From: Auanema rhodensis
Taxonomy: Eukaryota; Animalia; Nematoda
NCBI GenBank assembly: GCA_964057225.1
Contig: OZ059896.1
Coordinates: 11,966,001 to 12,030,000 of the forward strand
Direction of reading: 5' to 3'
DNA: 64,000 bases
In this document: piece by piece, positions 61,801 to 64,000 of the stretch
How the letters are laid out: every line of letters begins with the position of its first letter
How positions within the stretch are numbered: position 1 is the first letter of the stretch
Notes under the pieces: model-generated
Databases searched by the model: none
Seen by the model: the letters and a program-made list of their open reading frames with translations, nothing else
Told to the model about the DNA's origin: nothing
Translations under genes and position numbers: made by a program

Positions 61801-64000
61801 TTAAATTTCAATATTGTGATGCTCAAAAACTGAAACAGTTGATTATTTTGTAATTTCTAAACCATTTTACTCCATCGCTTTTAGTTAATCCCATATTTTA
61901 AACAATTTTATATTTCTACCGCTATTTCATAATTTAATTTTTAAAATTTTAATCATTAAAAAACATTTAAATTTCAATATTGTGATGCTCAAAAACTGAA
62001 ACATTAAAATATTTTGTATTTTCTAAACCATTTCACTCCATCTCTTTCATTTAATTCCATATTTTAAACAATTTTATATTTCTACCACGAATTCATAACT
62101 TCATTTTTTAAATTTTTAATCATTAAAAAACATTTAAATTTCAATATTGTGGTGCTCAAAAACTGAAACAGTTGAATATTTTGTAATTTCTAAACCATTT
62201 TACTCCATCTATTTTCTTTAATCCCATATTTTAAACAATTTTATATTTCTACCGCTATTTCATAATTTCATTTTTTAAATTTTTAATCATTAAAAAACAT
62301 TCAAATTTCAATATTGTGATGCTCAAAAACTGAAACATTAAAATATTTTGTATTTTCTAAACCATTTCACTCCATCTCTTTCATTTAATTCCATATTTTA
62401 AACAATTTTATATTTCTACCACGAATTCATAACTTCATTTTTTAAATTTTTAATCATTAAAAAACATTTAAATTTCAATATTGTGATGCTCAAAAACTGA
62501 AACAGTTGAATATTTTGTATTTTCTAAACCATTTTACTCCATCGCTTTTATTTAATTCCTTATTTTGAACAATTTTATATTTCTACCACGAATTCATAAC
62601 TTCATTTTTTAAATTTTTGATCATTAAAAAATATTTGAATTTCAATATTGTGATGCTCAAAAACTGAAACAGTTGAATATTTTGTATTTTCTAAACCATT
62701 TTACTCCATCTATTTCATTTAATCCCACATTTTAAACAATTTTATATTTCTACCACGAATTCATAACTTCACTTTTTAAATTTTTGATCATTAAAAAATA
62801 TTTAAATTTCAATATTGTGATGCTCAAAAACTGAAACAGTTGAATATTTCGTATTTTCTAAACCATTTCACTCCATCTCTTTCATTCAATTCCATATTTT
62901 AAACAATTTTATATTTCTACCGCTATTTCATAATTTCATTTTTTAAATTTTTAATCATTAAAAAACATTTAAATTTCAATATTGTGATGCTCAAAAACTG
63001 AAACATTAAAATATTTTGTATTTTCTAAACCATTTCACTCCATCTCTTTCATTTAATTCCATATTTTAAACAATTTTATATTTCTACCACGAATTCATAA
63101 CTTCATTTTTTAAATTTTTAATCATTAAAAAACATTTAAATTTCAATATTGTGATGCTCAAAAACTGAAACATTTAAATATTTTGTATTTTCTAAACCAT
63201 TTTACTCCATCTCTTTCATTTAATCCCACATTTTAAACAATTTTATATTTCTACCGCTATTTCATAATTTCATTTTTTAAATTTTTAATCATTAAAAAAC
63301 ATTCAAATTTCAATATTGTGATGCTCAAAAACTGAAACATTAAAATATTTTGTATTTTCTAAACCATTTCACTCCATCTCTTTCATTTAATTCCATATTT
63401 TAAACAATTTTATATTTCTACCGCTATTTCATAATTTCATTTTTTAAATTTTTAATCATTAAAAAACATTTAAATTTCAATATTGTGATGCTCAAAAACT
63501 GAAACAGTTGAATATTTTGTATTTTCTAAACCATTTCACTCCATCTCTTTCATTCAATTCCATATTTTAAACAATTTTATATTTCTACCGCTATTTCATA
63601 ATTTCATTTTTTAAATTTTTAATCATTAAAAAACATTTAAATTTCAATATTGTGATGCTCAAAACCTGAAACATTTAAATATTTTGTATTTTCTAAACCA
63701 TTTCACTCCATCTCTTTCATTTAATTCCATATTTTAAACAGTTTTATATTTCTACCACGAATTCATAACTTCAATTTTTAAATTTTTAATCATTAAAAAA
63801 CATTTAAATTTCAATATTGTGATGCTCAAAAACTGAAACAGTTGAATATTTTGTATTTTCTAAACCATTTTACTCCATCTATTTCATTTAATCCCACATT
63901 TTAAACAATTTTATATTTCTACCGCTATTTCATAATTTCATTTTTTAAATTTTTAATCATTAAAAAACATTCAAATTTCAATATTGTGATGCTCAAAAAC
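49835..64000. repeat. 167-bp satellite array, right arm (~85 monomers, continues past window)
   Basis: Same monomer, resuming in register at the base where the DIRS interrupted it. Confidence 0.98.

Noticed and set aside
24898-64000. CRISPR-like array
   Set aside because: Monomers repeat head-to-tail with no unique spacers, there are no cas genes, and the context is eukaryotic.

Overview
Eukaryotic, AT-rich, repeat-only window with no recognisable host gene. It is most likely from a nematode: the predicted introns are 43-45 nt with GTAAG donors and TTTTCAG/TTTACAG acceptors, and there is a Tc3-like transposase. The left ~25 kb is a nested set of decayed transposons. (1) Two damaged BEL/Pao LTR retrotransposons in opposite orientation (1-3605 +, 4047-~7800 -), separated by a 440-bp LTR-like segment made of about 13 consecutive short hairpins. 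(2) A degraded, partly duplicated Maverick/Polinton (~7790-17500) with major capsid, core protein, adenain protease, minor capsid, packaging ATPase, chromodomain integrase and three small accessory genes. It is interrupted by a solo LTR, a Tc1 element and two rearrangements flanked by long duplications. (3) A Tc3-like transposase, a hAT element with a partial duplicate, and two small interspersed repeat families. The remaining ~39 kb (24898-64000) is a 167-bp satellite array (~207 monomers, with local higher-order repeats). It is interrupted once by an apparently intact 4449-bp DIRS1-type tyrosine-recombinase retrotransposon (45386-49834). The most notable observation is a predicted 43-nt spliceosomal intron in this DIRS element that joins Gag in frame to RT/RNaseH/methyltransferase. 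All calls come from reading motifs by eye; no database searches were run.
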